This document shows positions 24,647-37,300 of a stretch of 64,000 bases of DNA, in pieces. The stretch lies in the NCBI GenBank assembly GCA_053919585.1, contig CM132789.1, one strand, 5' to 3'. Source of the DNA: Euprymna scolopes. Lineage: Eukaryota. The translations under genes and the position numbers were made by a program. Under the pieces are notes generated by a model. It had not been told where the DNA came from, made no database searches, and worked only from the letters and a program-made list of their open reading frames with translations. How positions within the stretch are numbered: the first letter of the stretch is position 1; the number at the start of each line of letters is the position of its first letter.

Positions 24647-26128
24647 CTGAAATTCAGAATCTAGATCTCAGAAAATATTGACAGAAAAGAAACTAGCCTA
24701 CTGAATCAATGACAAAAAATACATGAAAAGTGAGGAAAAAATAAAATAAAAAAAGTTGTACTTTTATATCATCAAGAACATGGAAATGTTTATTTGAATA
24801 AAATTACATATTTCATACTACAGGATTTTCAGGCTAAATTTTTATGTAAAAGTATTTTTTAAACAAATATCAAAATCACAATGGACAAAAATCTATTCAT
24901 AAACATGAGTATTTTTTAATGAATAATCATTGATTTTTCTTCATAAAATCCATTATCATCTAATAATAATAATTGTGAAAGAGATGAAAGTTGAAACAAC
25001 ATGTAAGCAGAATAAATAAAAGCAAACAGACAGACACAGACACTCAACAGAAAAAAAAAAAACATTACAGATACAAAACATGAAATGAGAAGTGCAAAAT
25101 GTTATATATAAAAAAAAGATTAATTTTAACGCGACTCCATTTGGGTGACACAAAATATAAATTCTTTTCTAAAAATATGATTAAGCTACTTTAGAAAATA
25201 TTACCTAAAATCTTCACAAAAATAATTATTATAAAAATCAACAACTTTGATCATATATAAAACTTAATAGAGAAATTCAGCAGAACCCACTTACTCGTAT
25301 AGTATTTCAAATAAATGTTTATGTGTTAAATGATTTATTATGCAAAAGTAGATAAGCTTAAATATAAAGAGGAAAGTGTTTTCATCTCAAAGTATGGAAA
25401 TATAAAAGGAAAATGCTGGGATCGTTTTTTTTCCTAATGTGTGGCGTCTAAAATTATGTGACAAGAGGATGATCAACCATTGGTTAATCAAATCAAGAGA
25501 TCATTAACACAAATAGCATGACTCACAAGACAAAATAACATGGATTTTGTGAAATAACTATTTCTACAAAGTACAAGCAGTGGGAAAGTAGATTCCACTG
25601 GTGCTGATGACCAACTAAAAATCGTTTTTCTGATTTGGAATATGGATATGTGCAAACATTTAATAGACATTTAAATTAAGTTGAATTTTAAAGATTTATT
25701 TATTCAAAGACTAAACTATTGGAATAAGAAATGTATATTGTGTAGTGATGCATGGGAAGGGATGGCTTATATGACAGAAATTAGGAATTATAATTTATTG
25801 TTTATAAAGATCTACATCAAGTAAATTAATCTAATATTTCTGTTTTAATATTTAGTTCTTGCTATTAAGCCTTAAAGAAATGAAAATACAGAATATATTC
25901 TTTTTAGATATAATAGGCTCTGTCCATCTGTCATCAGTTACACTTAAGCTTGAAACAGTAGATTAAATGCACTCAAGTATACCAGTTATTATATTAATAA
26001 ATTTGTAAATAACCAAATCCAATTTTGTATTAGAGAGAACTGGAGACCCCCCCCCTTAAAAAAAAACAAAACAAAAAAAACAATGAATATTTTCAAAATT
26101 ATAAGAGGTTGCTATAATCTGCTTGAAG

Positions 26129-26133
<5 letters not shown>

Positions 26134-26194
<61 letters not shown>
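26134..26194. repeat. (TA)n microsatellite
   Basis: Direct read. Confidence 0.95.
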
Positions 26195-26198
<4 letters not shown>

Positions 26199-26712
26199 TT
26201 GTTTGCCATACTTTTTGAATAACTTCAATTATTTATACGAAAGTGCAGTTTTATCTAAATGCGAGTTGGAATAATTTTCCCTTTGACTAATTTGGTACCC
26301 CCAAATGGGGAGCGCATAAGTATTGTTTTTAAAATATAATAAATGTGTGTGTGCATAGATAATTTATTTAATGTGGAAAGCTATAAGATAAAAGCAGGAC
26401 TGAAAACAAGATTAGACAAAGGTAAAAGTGAAAATAATTTTTTTTTTTTTCATGTTTAAAAACATGAGAAAAAATTATTAAAATGGTTAATAAATAAGTT
26501 AACTCATCCTTCAAAGAACTTATTTTCATTTTTACCTTCGTCTTGTCTAGTTTTCATTCCTGCTTCTAACATATTTTTCACATTGTAAACAGCCTTCTAT
26601 GAATTATGTATGTATTTCAAAGCTATAAATTAGTCTCATAATTTCATATAAGATTCATTTATAAAATTCTTGACAAAAACAACCATTTTTCTAAATTGAA
26701 ACAAACACTTAC

Positions 26713-26751
26713 ATCTGATACCAACAACAGCTGAACATAAGCTGGTGATTT
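26713..26751 (-). CDS. Candidate 39-nt cassette exon (KSPAYVQLLLVSD)
   Basis: gagcttttagaacag|AAA...GAT|gtaagt; phase 0/0; an internal in-frame CAG would give an 18-nt version. Confidence 0.4.
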
Positions 26752-27989
26752 CTGTTCTAAAAGCTCAGACACATGAACATGGCTTAGGGGATTAAGCAGT
26801 GCAACAATTTTGGCAAAAAATGTCTATGAATGGCATAAATTATTAAATACAGGTAAAGGTTTTATTATTAGGTCTGGAAAGATGTGTTTGTTTTGAATGG
26901 AATAATTCACTCATACAAATGCAAAAAACAAGAGGAAAAATTCACAATTAGGGACTGGAATAAGGATGTTCAGAAGGAGTAAGATCTTCTGTAAGCAAAC
27001 AAGCTGCTAGGATGATGGTGGTCACTAACCCTTTTATCAAGGGAGGTAAGTCAGTCAAAAGAATTTGCTGGAAGTTGTAAATTAGGTCATCACTACTGAG
27101 CTTTGATAGGTAACAGTGAATTGTTATTAAGAGAAATTAGGGATAAAATATCAATAAAATATCAATATTGACAGAGATAATGATAGCTACATGTGCTGCA
27201 TCAGAGATGCATAAAAATCTAAAATAGCACGTCAACTTGAAAAAAAAAAAAAAAAAAAATTATACATTGCGATGTACATGGAAAACTCATCAGGGGATGT
27301 GGATTTTCTTGTCACTTTTTTAAATTTATGGTATTTATGCAATTTAACGACCATGTTATCATCGGAATCATCTGAGCGGTTTATGGAAAATGCAGGAAGT
27401 TACTGAAATTCTAAGCAACTTAACCTGAACATGAAAAAAATCATAAGGACGTTTGCTTGCTATAATTGGTTTATTAAAAAAAAAAAAAGAAAAGAAAAAG
27501 AAAATCTAAATATTTACCTTGATTTGAAAAAAAAAAAAAAAAAAAAAAAATGATTTTTGTTTGCTATGAGTTAATATTCAAAAAAATATTAATTCATGAA
27601 ACTTGTTTTACAATGAATGATTTTTTTTTTTAATTTGAATTTTGATTTCCTAAAAGTTTCATAAAAATTGTCCAATTCAAGAATACTGGTTTCATTTTTC
27701 AATTAATTTTTCATTAAATTAGCTAATGTTTGCATGAAAAAAAATCATGAAACTTTTGTTTGGCGCCTTCTGATATTTTATGTAAAGTGCCTGGACAATA
27801 GCATAAGTACCTAATTTACTTTTCTCTGCCTCCTCCCCTCACACTGTTTCAAGCATATTCTAAGGACAGTCGCCACAACCTACTCTATTTTCATGAAACA
27901 CTTTCTGCCACATTTCTTGGTTGTACATACAGCTGGTTGTGAACAAAGATTCTCACCTCATTTCTCAAGAACAGCTTATTTTTTTGTAC

Positions 27990-28760
27990 AAGGGAATCAC
28001 CAATTATCAAGACCCAAAAGCAACCTGAGGATAATGGCTAATGAGACAACACCATAATGATCAGTAGTGGTGGAAATTAAGTAAAATTTGATTTAAAAGG
28101 ATGACTTAAGAACTTGATTACATTGGACTTGAAAACTACCATGCTGTAGTCAACTGGGAAGCATCCCTACAGTATCGAGTTCTATAGGCAGACAATTCTA
28201 GGAAAGAAACTTTGTTCATGGAATTTTCGTTTAATTTTAGGCATAGATAGAGAGTAGGGGAAATTGTTGACAGTGGTTGTAGCTAGATGAGTGTTTGTTG
28301 TGAATGCTTTAGAAAGGACAGAGGACCATAGATTGAAGCTCAGTCGAGCATCTGTCTAGCACAATGTCTCTTCTGTGAGAAAGAGATTGTAAGGAGGAGA
28401 AAAAGAACGTTGCCTACTAGATTTCAAAGCTGGTTTTGAACTTTATTAAGTTATAAGTTATTATTAGGGCTGTGACAACAGCATATTCTTTTCATTGTTT
28501 TGACTCTTGAGTATATATTCGTTAATATCTTATGTTCTTATATAGACGGATGTGGTTCTCAGTTGATTAAGTGTGTCTGTGTCTGATATATATACCAAAG
28601 AATCAAAAGAATGAAAAGAATATCCTGTTGTCGCAGCCCTAGTTATTATAATGGTTTTGAACTCTATTAAGGCATGAAACAGCGTTCCGAGGGGTAATCA
28701 TTCTTTGGAATCTAAATTCTTGAATGTTGGTTACATGTTGCCTTCTGGGAGAGAAGGATA
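27990..28760 (-). mobile_element. Decayed CR1/L2-group LINE 3' end (interrupted by hAT MITE)
   Basis: Minus strand reads 'SFFPRIVCL.NS...GCFPVDYSMVVFKSNVIKFL'. Confidence 0.65.
28465..28641. mobile_element. hAT-family MITE with perfect 8-bp TSD
   Basis: TIRs tagggctgtgacaacagcatattcttttcatt and aatgaaaagaatatcctgttgtcgcagcccta; gttattat at 28457-28464 and 28642-28649. Confidence 0.88.
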
Positions 28761-30636
28761 ACTCACATTTATATTGTTATATTTTTTGTTTTTATCTATA
28801 TAAATTAAATAAAGAGTTGTTTCTCTCATATTATTCTGAGTATAAGACATACATTTCCAAAGGACCCATTTGTGAGCCCTGGGGTTCACGAAACTAAAAC
28901 GCTACCAGCATCACCGAGTTGACTACAGAAAACAAATTATGATGAATATGTTAGCAATCAACACTTAATAAGTAATAGGGACTAAATTAATCTTATAAAA
29001 ATTGATTTCATTATATACTTTTAAGCTTATTTTTTTATTTATTAAAAAAAAGTTTTTCAAAGTCAACCCTATTTTTTAAAATTTATTTACATTTTTTTTT
29101 AATGAAAACCACTCTAAACAATGCATGAAGCCACTTGATATAAGGAGTTACTTTTTTTTTTTTTTTTTTAAATTTCAAGGTAAAAAACCAGCCAATGATA
29201 AGTGTTAGGATACATTCTGACACAAAACAGCAATTTTTCTCCTTTTGTCAGAAACATTGCCCATAAAATGAGTTATAAGGCTGCCAAAAGTAAACCCAAA
29301 ATCCACTTTCTTCTCTCTAACGTCCATTGTTTTGTTATAATAGAATATCCTGCAATCCCTTTTTTCTATATGGATCGACTATATTTAGAGTAAGCATGAC
29401 ATTGATAAGTGCTTTACTTCTGACATTAGTAAAAAAGTTTTTACTAATGTCTATTTTTCCATTATGATACTCTATTTCAATAAACCTTTCTTTAACAACC
29501 CTAGCCACTGTACCATTTTATCTATTTTATGAGAATCACATTTATCCATGTCATTACAAACGAAAAATAAAAATTATTTTTCAAATTTATAAAATCATGC
29601 TTACATATTGACAGTTTTTAAGTCCCCACTAGACGGATATGACATGATATCGTTAGGATGAAATAAGTAATTTATTCTGATTGACCAGAGTGAAGTTAAA
29701 ATAGAAAATAAAATACAATACAGTCTATAATATGAATATATTTCGATTATATAAAAAAAAAATAGTAAATAAAATATTTTTACTCAATGTAATATTCTTC
29801 ATACATTTCACGGAGTAAATATTTCTTTGCTTACTTTTTAGTAAGCTACTAAACATCTACAAATATTATTCTTTAATTACATAACTTTGCACATAATAAA
29901 CAATATATTAAAATGAAGAAATTACAAGAGATATTGCTTGCATGTCTGTAACCAAAACTATGTCAGAGTTCTAAAAACATGACATTTTTTTTGCATTTTT
30001 ATTTTCTTGAATATTAAGAATTTAATAGCAGCGAATATGTGTGTGATCCAGGCACATTCCTGCTAATCTTTATTATTGAATACTTAAACACTAAAACAAG
30101 TTTTTACAGACATTGACAAACATTGAGATTTTAAAGAAACCAAAACATTGATATGTTTAAAACAGTTAAAAAGCAATTTACATTTAAACAAAGCAACATA
30201 CAAATCATCTTTCCATTGAAATGGAATACAATTAAATAAATTCAATTTACGCGAGAAAAAGAAACATGATTAAATGTTCAATTATAGAATAGAGATCATT
30301 TAAAACTCATCTATTACATTTTATTTACACTGAAGCTTTTAAACTGTAGTCTTAGTTGAGTACAATTGTGATAGACTTTGTATCGTCTGCTGAAAGCCAT
30401 GTACTTTTAGTGAATATTATTAAATAATTACCCCCCCCCCCTTAATAAGCCATGATCATAAAACATTTCGCAATAGACTGAGACTACTAAGCTGTTTAGG
30501 GAATGCATAAAACTTAGGAATATCACGATAGTTAATCAATACAGAACTCCAGAAATGTGATAGTAATACATGTTCAGTCACAAAATTCTGAAGCAGCACG
30601 TTCAGGACTACAAAACACAATGCAAAAGGAGCTCAC

Positions 30637-30684
30637 CGGTACATCTGAGGAATTAATGTGAATGTATATCGATGCAGGTTTGGT
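30637..30684 (-). CDS. Candidate 48-nt cassette exon (TKPASIYIHINSSDVP)
   Basis: ccctgtgctgcggctgaacag|ACC...CCG|gtgagc; phase 0/0; lies in a non-repetitive, GC-richer island. Confidence 0.4.
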
Positions 30685-31318
30685 CTGTTCAGCCGCAGCA
30701 CAGGGCGGTATTTAAGCATTGTAACTACTGATTAATTATATTGTTTTTAACTCATTAAATTCCATCAATGTCAAAAAGAAAAAAAGTAGTTGATAATTTA
30801 ATAATTTTCAAACATGGTTGTCAGCGATTTAATTTAATAATTATCAAACATGGCTGCCAGCAATTTTATTTTTATTTTTTTTTTACTTAATGTTAAAATG
30901 TAGACTTTTAAAAGTAATTCAGGATTTTATTTATAAACTAAAAATACAATTTAAGCCTAACAAAATTTTTTCGCGAAGCCCTGCATGAAAAAAAAAAAAA
31001 AATAAATAAATAAAAAAATAAAAATAGACAGTCGTTTCAACTGTCCCTATTCTGCAATTGAAACATTGTAAAAATGGTTTTCTTGCAAATTACGAAAGTT
31101 TATAATAATTTGACAGCCACCGTTTCAGAGGATGAGAGCATCAAAATAAAGTGTTTTTATTTTAAAGCTCACATAAATCTAGTCAAAAGCATACAGTGAA
31201 TGGCAGCATGTCTTGTAAAGACTTTATGAACAAAATGGTGTCAAGTAGAAGATGATAAAATCAATGCAATAGGAATAAGGGAAAAGAGGGGGAATAAAAA
31301 AACATCAAAGTTACTTAC

Positions 31319-34300
31319 GGAATCTAAAGCATCAACCTCCAAAGCAGGTGGGGTCTGTCCTCCGATTACCTGAAGAGAACTGCTTCCTTCGACAGCCTCT
31401 GAAGAAACAAGTCCTGCAGCAATGGCATCCTTTAGTGGCATCACATCACCAGTCAGTTTGTTAACAACTTTACCAGCAGAGTCAATATAGAAACCTGGAC
31501 TAGTCACGTAGGTAGAGCTTGTAGCTAACGTCTGGATTTCTGTAGCACTCTTTGAGAGTAATTCGCCATTGACATAGTGCGAGCTCTCCTCTGGGCTGAA
31601 TGGAGAGCCTTCTGTGACAGTGACGTATTGATCTTGCGGTGCCACTTTTTTCTCCTTCAAACGTTTGTCTTTTTTGCTATCAACTTTGGCTTCCACGTAA
31701 CCGAGCTTTAATGCCTTTTCTAATGGCATGGTCACGTGACTGGCCGGATCAGTGTAAACCCAAGTGTTGCTATCAAGGTCTCCTTTTCGTAAAGCTTCTG
31801 ACAATGATATCGGTACAGCTTTATTAGAAGGTAATTCTTCATCTTTTGTTCGTCGGTCATCATGACTGGGTACTAAGAAACCGCACTGGAAGGCTTCATC
31901 AAGAGAAAGAGATTCATTTGTCACGGGGTGAGTAAAGGTGCCAGTTTTGGGATCAACGAGACCACATTTTGAAGCATCTTCAAAGGACATCAGTTCACTA
32001 GTGGTTGTGGGGTCACCGAGTAAACCACTTTTCACGGCTTCTTCGATACTTATATCCATCCCTTTTTCAGTATCCACATATCGTTTGCATTTCGGATCAA
32101 GAAGACCTTCATCCATAGCTTGTTTAAATGTTTTCCCCACAGCCAACTTAGTATCGGCTGGTAATTGAGAACCTTTCAATATCACAACAGATTCCTTCTT
32201 GGATTTCTTAGATCTGCCCAATTTCGGGGAGAGATATTTCTTATTGATTGCTTCTTGGATTCCGTAAGCTGTCTTTTTCTTTGGCTCAAAGAACATTCCA
32301 GTCTCCGGATCAATTAACCCAGAAGTAATAGATTCCTGGAAAGAAAGTGTTCGAGGAGATGGAGGACCTTCGAGAAACTTGAATGGCTCACCGTTTTCAT
32401 CGGAGAGAATCCCTAATAAGACAGCTTCGTCAATGGAATAGAAATTGGTAGAAGCTGGATCGGTGAACACACCAGTTTTACAATCAATCAACCGTTTAGT
32501 AAGAGCATTCTTAAAAGTCATTACGGGTTTGGCAGATTTGATATTTTCACTATCAACAATTTCTGCTTCGACAAGGCCTTTCTGAATGGCTTCTGTAATT
32601 GACAATGTTGTCTTACTCTTGATATCGACATAATTTCCAGCAGGGTCTAAGATTCCTTTCTCAAAAGCATCAGCCATGCTTATCATTTGGTTTGCTTCGG
32701 GATCAACAGCACCTGTAACATTATAAGTAACTCCTGGTTTCTGGGAGGAGACCGTTGTCTTCGTTGTGACAACTGACTGCACAGAGCCGGATATAAAGCC
32801 TTCTTTCATTGCATCTTCAAGGTTGTATACTTTGTTTGATGCTACGTCGGTGTAAGTCTTCTTTTCATTGTTGATAATGTTCTGCGCAATCGCTTCTTCG
32901 AGGGTCAGTTCTTTGCCCGTGAACGTATCTAAAACAGTTGAAACATTCACATGTCGAGATGTTCCTTTTTGAATATCACATTTTTTACCTTTCTTTGCTT
33001 CAAAGACCAGGTTCTTTTTGATGGCGTCGGCCAAAGATATAGTTTTTCCAGTAAGAGTATCTGTGAATAGTTTCTTCTCAGTATCTAAAATTCCAGCTTT
33101 AATTGCTTCTTCGACAGATAATATCTGGCCAGTCTTTGCATCAGTCACAGCGCTTAGAGAGGAAGCAGATTTTGCAAGAGAAAGTTCAGTGGGTGAGGTC
33201 GAAGCAACTTTAACCAGACCCTTTGTAACAGCTTCCTCGAGTCGTAGATGTTCACCTGTAGAGAGGTTAATCACCTCGCCTTTTCGTGGATCAAATATTC
33301 CAGCCTTAACGGCTTTATCTAAAGAGAACGTCTTTCCTGTCCGTCCATCGACGACCTCACTTACGCAGATCGTTTCTTGTTTCTGCACGCTGACAAGAGA
33401 GTCAGCAGCAGGCTTGATTGTTTTAACCAGATCTTTCTCAATTGCTTTCGAAATTGAAAACGTCTCATCCGTTTGTTTGTTGAAGTATTGACTCAGATTC
33501 TTGTCCACAATACCTTGTTCAATTGCCTCGGTAACGGTTAAGTCTTGACCAGTCTGAGTATTGACCACAAATTTAATCGGCAATAATTCAGAACCGTCAG
33601 CCTCAAGTGGAGTAGAAACTTTCTCACTCTGGCACAAACCTTTCTTTGCAGCTTCAGAAATGGACATTTTTTCGCCATCCTTATTTGTGTATGTGCCAGT
33701 CTGTAGGTCGACGATGCCTTTTTTCATAGCCTCTTCAATTGGAATAAATTGGCCCGATGCAGAGTCGAAAATGTTTTGAACTTGAAAAGTTTTCTCTGAA
33801 CCAGATGATGCAAGATCATCTTTAGGACAAGAATCGGTCTCTGAAATAAATTCTGATCCTTTTACCATTCCTTTTTTGAAAGCTTCTGTTAATGGTATCT
33901 GCTCTCCTGTCTTCCTGTTTCGAATAACTCCTTCCGAAAGATCAACCAGACCTCCTTCCACAGCATCACTTATTGGCATGACAGTGTGGGTCTGTGGATC
34001 GGTCACATGGCTAATACTGATAGAATGCCTCTTTGTAACGGTCACTTCATCTGTGGCACCACTGGGCTTGGTCTTACGAGGTTTCACACCTCCTTCTTCG
34101 GCAGAAATGTATCCTTTGCTAAGAGCTTCATCTAAACTCAAAGTTTCACCAGTTTTTTGGTTGATGAAAGTTTCCTGTTTTATGTTAAGGATTTCCTTTT
34201 GAACTGCCTCAGAAAGTGGCATTTTTTCTCCGCTCATCGGATCAGTAACAGATGAAATACAAATATCTTTCTGTTCAGAAAAGGAAATGGCTGCCTTGTA

Positions 34301-37300
34301 GCCTTCTCTTGTCTTTTCTTCTCGAGATACAAGACTGTCAACCATGCTCCCATGAATAAAATCACTACTCAGGGCTTGAGATAAGCTAAATGTTTGACCG
34401 GTGATGGGATTGGTATAAATTCCCTTCTCCACATTAACAATGCCTTTCTTTATAGCCGTTTTTAGATCAATAAACTGACCAGTGGAAGGATCCAAAACTT
34501 CATCAATCGATAACTTATCAGTTACCTTGATTGTGATCTTGCTTGATGAGTGGCTATCCACTGTAGACTCTTCAATATCTCCAGATTTTATCAAATCACC
34601 CAAAGTTGTTTTATTTTTTGATATAGGATCAATCAGTTGACCTTGATCATTGAGCAAGTCTCTATCCAATGCTTCTTGTAATGAATAGGATTCGCCATCA
34701 ATGGTCACCTGACCAGATGTAGGATATATAAAACCGGAGTCAATTGCTTCTTTAAGGGTAATTGAATTCCCAGAGCTTGGAATTTTGTACATACCAGTTT
34801 TAGGATTTAGGAAGCCACTGGAAATCGCTTCCATCAGGGTCATGGCTTCCTCATTGATGGGTGCAATTTGTTTGACTTTTACAACTTCAATGACATTTGG
34901 TAACACCATAGATGATTTGGTGACTTCAATAGCAACTGGTGCCGAACCTGGAGGAGGAGATGTAATCGAAGTATCTGGTTTCATCAAAGACTTTCGGGCT
35001 TTATTTACAAGAAGGCCTCCAGCAATAAGCGGTGCACCTGCAATGCCAGCCATTGCGATTAGTCCCATTTTGGCAGCATCTTTTAAACTGTGTTTCTGGT
35101 CGCCATCAATAAATTTCCCACTGGTTTTGTCAATCTTTCCTTTATCCAAACCATCTTGCAAGGTCAACATCTTCTGACTTTTGAGGTCATAAATTGCAGC
35201 TTGACCATTAATGAATCCGCGGTCAACAGCCTCCTCAAGGCTCATTTGTTGACCTGACATTGGTTCAGTGAACTTGTTGGTACTTTGGTCAAATAAGCCG
35301 GCATCAATGGCTGTAGTGAGACTCAAACTTTTCTTGGCACTTGGCTCAGGAGTTATTTCGAATTCTGTGCTTGGATCAATGAGTTGTTCTCTAATTGCAT
35401 CCAAGATCTCCATACGTGATCCAGTTTTAGGATCCGTGTATTGGTTTGCTGCCAAATCAATAAATCCTTGATCAAGAGCCTCAGCAAATGAGAGTCGCTT
35501 TGAAAGTTCTTGGGGTTCTTTCTTCTTACCTTCTCTATTTACAACCGGGATAGTCTCCTCGGGACCCATTTGTTGACCTGACATTGGTTTAGAGAACTTG
35601 TTCGTTTTCTGATCAAACGTACCAGCATCATTGGTTGTAGTGGGAGACAAAATCTTTTCACTTGGTTCAGGAGTTATTCCAGATTCCGTGCTTGGATCAA
35701 GAAGTTGTTCTCTAATAGCATCCAAGATTGCCATACGTGATCCAGTTTTGGGATCTGTGTATTGGTTTGCTGCCAAATCAAGGAATCCTTGATCGAGAGC
35801 TTCAGCAAATGAGAGTCTCTTGGAAAGTTCTTGGGGCTCACTTCCAGTGTTTTCTCTTTTATCTAATGGAGAGGAATCACCATTTTGGATTTTAGATGCA
35901 GTCACCTCCAATACCTTACTTCCTATTCCTGGTTTTTTAGGTACAACAGGTTTCTTCAAAGAGATAGTCTCTTTATTGAATTCTGCCGTATCAATTTTGG
36001 TCTCTTCTGTAACAATGACCGTCTTTCTGTCTGGTTTAGCAGGAGTTGGTGTTTCTTGAACAATATAACCCTGCCGAGGACGTTCAAATGAACTTGGTTC
36101 AAATTCTTCTCCTGCGCAATCAATTAATCCAAATTGGATGGCAGCAGCAAGCGACATTACATCCTTTGTTAATGGATCAGTAAATGTACCACTTTGTTTA
36201 TTAACTAATCCTTGATCAATTGCTTCTTTTAAAGAAAGACATTTTGTTGCTTCACTCGAAGGTTGCTTCGCACCATTAGACAGAGCAGATGAAATTGGCA
36301 GTCGACCAGAATCAATGTTGTCAGGCACAGCATCTGTTTCAGCTGTATCACCAGGGATCAAACCTTCAAGCAATGCCTCATTCAAAGGTATCCGTTCCTT
36401 GGTCAAAGTGTGAATAAGCTCCCCACTTTGGGGATCAACAACCCTTTCAGAAATAGCTTGATTAACAGTGAGTGAATTTCCACTTTTTGGGTCAATTATA
36501 ACAGAATTGTTCCCGTCAATTGTTCCACTACGGATTGCCTCTTTAATTGACATTGCATTTCCAGTTTTGGGGTCAAGAATTTTGCCTGTTTCAGCCACAA
36601 AATGACCCGCATGTATAGCATCATTTAATGTCATTGCTGGTTCTGATTGCGGCACTCCAGCTTCCCATGTTTGTTTTGTTTCAATATGAGTGACCGTTTC
36701 AGTTTTGGATACACTTTGATAAACTTCTGAAATAATGGTACCACTTGGACGTTTCTCCTCATCACGGGCAGCTCCTATGATATCTGACGGCAAACATTCC
36801 CCAGTAACTGTAGCAATAGTTTGAGCTGTTGATGTACTGATAAGGCCTTCATGTAAAGCTTGTTTGATACTCACAGACTCACCTGTTTTGCTATGTGTCA
36901 ATTGACCTTTTTCGGAATCGAAGGTCACATCATCTGATTTAGTTGAATGAGCAATGACCTGCTCTGCTAGATCTTCTACCATGTCTGTATTCAACAATCC
37001 TTTCTGGACAGCTTCAGTGACGGGCATCTGTACACCCGTTTGATTGTCCATTACCAAACCTTTCTCCCAATCGATAACTACACGACTGCCATCTTTCAGA
37101 CTTGCTTCGGAAGCCACATTAGAACTAACTTCTTCCCCTGCCAATTTGCCATTCTCTGTAGATGGAGCTGATTGATATGAAAACGGTTTACCCAATACTG
37201 ATTCTTGTGCACTTGAAACACCAGAATCAGACGATGGCGAATCACCAAATTTACTCTCAACAGATGGAGTTTTGATAAGGGATTGGTTTTCATTGGCAGC

